64,000 nt of DNA from the NCBI RefSeq assembly GCF_002571385.2, contig NW_019218225.1, forward strand, positions 52,384 to 116,383, in the 5' to 3' direction. A program made the translations under genes and the position numbers. Under the pieces are notes generated by a model. It searched no databases. It had not been told where the DNA came from and was given only the letters and a program-made list of their open reading frames with translations. This document shows, piece after piece, positions 61,901 through 64,000 of the stretch (within the stretch, counting starts at the first letter, position 1; the number at the start of each line of letters is the position of its first letter). Origin of the DNA: Stylophora pistillata (lineage: Eukaryota).

Positions 61901-63789
61901 AGGTACATGGCGCTGTTATGTTTATTTCGCAAATCGAAGATCCAGCTCTTGTAAGCTGACTATGCATCAGTGGATTTATAAGTTGTTTAATTTAAAAAGA
62001 ATATTATTTGCTTCATACAACAACATTTTCTACTTAGCACGTATAATGCCCTGGTAAGATTTATTATTGAAATCCAATTGAAATGCTTACCACAATGTTT
62101 AATTTCCACTACGTGCGTAGAACCTTCCTCGCCTGTGTCAGGCGGAAGGTTGAGGCAAATAATGGATCTGCGGTATACTGGCAAATCACGAGATCATTGA
62201 TATTTTGCGATATCCGAGTTTGATAGGTGTTTTTCAAACTCAAATAGCAAGTCTCACTCACGGAAGCGATCTGCCTTTTTCGACGTAATGCACAGAATAC
62301 AATTTGCTGAAAACATAATTGGACGGTACTACGCATGAACAAACCATTAACTTTAGTATTGTGCAAGTCACGTGGTGGACTTTTGATCGTTGAAGACGAA
62401 GAGAAAAGTGCATTAAATGTTGCTGAGAAAAATTTGCTTTTTGAACGCACTTCAGTGACGAATTCAACATCTGGCTCAGCCAGCCACGGTGTCTATGCCT
62501 TTTCAAATTGATCTTAACTTGTCTATTTGTTAATATTGCGGGTTGGTTTGTTGACTCGTCAATTAGTTTATTCGCTGTTTAGCTTTCATTCTATATCTCT
62601 CAATAGTGTTTCTACTACAGGAACAACTGTTTTGTTGTTGTTGTTGATTTGATTTTCTCGTTTTCTTTTTTTTTTGTTTTGTTTACTTTTATAAGCCTAC
62701 ATCTTCCTATTCGTTCATATCTTGTAGGAGATAGTATTTCCAATTTCATCTCCAGTGGCAGCGGCTGGCAGACACATCTTGATTCTAAAGGTGATGTAAC
62801 CAATACTGACTTTGGTTTCTCCTCATATGATTGTTTAAAGAGACACAATTTACTACTAGTTCGTTAGTTTACCGAGCTACGAACCGCCGCCTGGACAAAA
62901 TTCCGTATAAATTCAAGCTCCTCCCCAGGACGCTTGCTCGGCCAGGGACCTCTCTCTCGAAAAGTCCTAGTAACTGTCCCAAAGCTATATTAAGAAATCG
63001 GAAGTCATCAAATCCATAGTAGTGCAGGTCTGAGCACAAAAACGAGCCCATTCTGCTTCCCCTTCTGGTCTTTCGATTGTTCGTTTACTGACGAAGGTTC
63101 AACAAAGCAATATGGATACTAAGTGTTCATTTCAACTTTAGAGTCTTAGGTATGTTTCTACTTTATAGTCATAGCTATGTTTTGAGAAGACACATGCAAG
63201 TGATGGCGACTTGCCTGCACAACCACTGTATCTATAGCAATTTATGAAATGAAAAAGAGAAAAATTTGAAATTTATCAGGATTATGATCTATTTTGCAGG
63301 GGAATCTAGCCCCTGAGAGCGCTGTACTCAAATTAAGTGGAAAGGATATAGCAGGAGTATTTCGTGGTCCGGTGAGTGATGCAGAGATCATGGTATACGG
63401 AGGCGTTGTAACCAGACATATTTCTGTTTTGCCAGACAGCTGGCGACCTCCCCTTTTCTAGCGTATAATCCAAATCGCTGGAAAACTAGAAGCAAAAAAC
63501 TTACATGTTTTTGTGGTTGCTTTTGATCTTTTTTACTTTTGGATGGCTTGTATTTATTGGTGAAAGCAGCACGACATGTAAAATGGATTCCAATCCCTCA
63601 CATATATCTAATTACTGAATGGCCTTTGTGGTGACGGCTGTAGTACTCCGAGTCTGGAGACATTTCCCTTTCGCTCTCTTTCTTGATTTCATCGATTACA
63701 TTCATCTATTATTTTTTTTCTTTCTTTGTAAACAGGCAGTAGTGTTTGATGGAGAGGAGCAAGCATTTCAAAGTGTTATGAAGGGAAAA
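49699..63789 (+). CDS. ilvD: Dihydroxy-acid dehydratase (IlvD/ILV3/Edd family), partial (runs off the right edge), with an in-frame TGA at 54731
   Basis: Exons 49699-49716 (tentative), 51805-51861, 52627-52665, 53322-53398, 53600-53643, 54714-54763, 55834-55917, 56213-56287, 56541-56624, 57029-57116, 57494-57556, 58416-58453, 58996-59094, 59701-59783, 60466-60550, 60699-60737, 61783-61902, 62728-62790, 63300-63371 and 63736-63789. Motifs [46 protein letters not shown] and [11 protein letters not shown]. Confidence 0.9.
50930..51606 (+). mobile_element. CR1/L2-like LINE 3' fragment
   Basis: Decayed [13 protein letters not shown]...Y..RL..LKL..L..RR..RD..FLF and ..EWNSLP, followed by a (TAAA)n tail at 51588-51605. 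Confidence 0.8.
53687..53899. mobile_element. piggyBac-like MITE
   Basis: TTAA-CCCTTTAACTC start and ..AAAGGG-TTGA end. A related copy lies at 54396-54605. Confidence 0.6.
54396..54605. mobile_element. piggyBac-like MITE
   Basis: AACCCTTTAACTCTC start and GGGAGTAATAGGGTTAA end. Confidence 0.55.
56700..56800 (+). repeat. 5S rRNA-derived repeat (SINE3-like head), degenerate
   Basis: GGTTACTACTTGGATGGGTGACC...CCCGTGTTGTTGCATTT resembles the 5S C-box and 3' end. Confidence 0.45.
57577..58035. repeat. Hairpin-headed interspersed repeat
   Basis: Inverted repeat GTGATTTCAAAATCAAA / TTTGATTTGAAATCAC, with nested arms spanning 57577-57715. Confidence 0.55.
58654..58926. repeat. Foldback repeat with hammerhead-like cores (Penelope-related)
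   Basis: Inverted arms ...GCTGACGTTTCGAGCG / CGCTCGAAACGTCAGC... and a CTGACGAAG core, with the family tail CAGCACCACAGTTTCTTTAGAAACT. Partial copies lie at ~14480-14555 and ~49470-49560. Confidence 0.7.
60804..60916. mobile_element. 113-bp Penelope-type micro-insertion (hairpin)
   Basis: 14-bp TSD AAATTATTGTGTTT at 60790-60803 and 60917-60930. ~31-bp perfect inverted arms enclose a decayed hammerhead core. Confidence 0.75.
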
Positions 63790-64000
63790 GTAAGTCCAAT
63801 GTCAGTGACTGCATCCAACAGATCTGTAAAGGAGCTCTTTATTGAGTATCGTAAAACCAGAACCAAACTAATCACAGATCAGATTAAAGGTTGGCATCGC
63901 AATTATATAAGGTTTGCTTATAATATGTCGAGGGAGTTGTGCAATCTTGTATTACTTTCGACATTCACCAAGCAATAAAAAGAAACCTCGAGGCTTGCTA

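Noticed and set aside
49699-63789. ilvD as bacterial or symbiont contamination
   Set aside because: It has many spliceosomal introns filled with the same repeat families as the rest of the window.

Overview
This window is eukaryotic, AT-rich and intron-rich. The repeat families and gene content suggest a cnidarian, most likely a stony coral (inference). I reconstructed all gene models by hand from splice sites and reading frames. The left 38 kb holds three intact 5-exon HSPA12-type atypical Hsp70 genes on the + strand (2814-8667, 10962-20061, 32736-38193). Two of them sit head-to-head with a minus-strand coiled-coil gene built from phase-2 exons. The complete partner (25842-32293) ends in a MIEAP/SPATA18-type domain whose last ~60 aa resemble the GrpE beta-head. 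The other partner (starting at 2232) runs off the left edge. The 440-580 bp divergent promoters share homologous STAT(GAS), ETS and IRF motifs, with NF-kB sites before copies 2 and 3, and show no obvious heat-shock elements. My main hypothesis is a duplicated, immune-inducible module pairing an atypical Hsp70 with a GrpE-like partner. The right part holds a lebercilin-like gene (-) and an IlvD/ILV3-family dihydroxy-acid dehydratase gene (+). The dehydratase has at least 20 exons, runs off the right edge, and carries one GC-AG intron and an in-frame TGA. Introns and intergenic DNA contain Penelope insertions with 14-bp TSDs and hammerhead cores, Kolobok-, Sola3-, piggyBac- and hAT-like non-autonomous elements, a Gypsy remnant, LTRs, LINE 3' ends and tRNA- or 5S-derived repeats.
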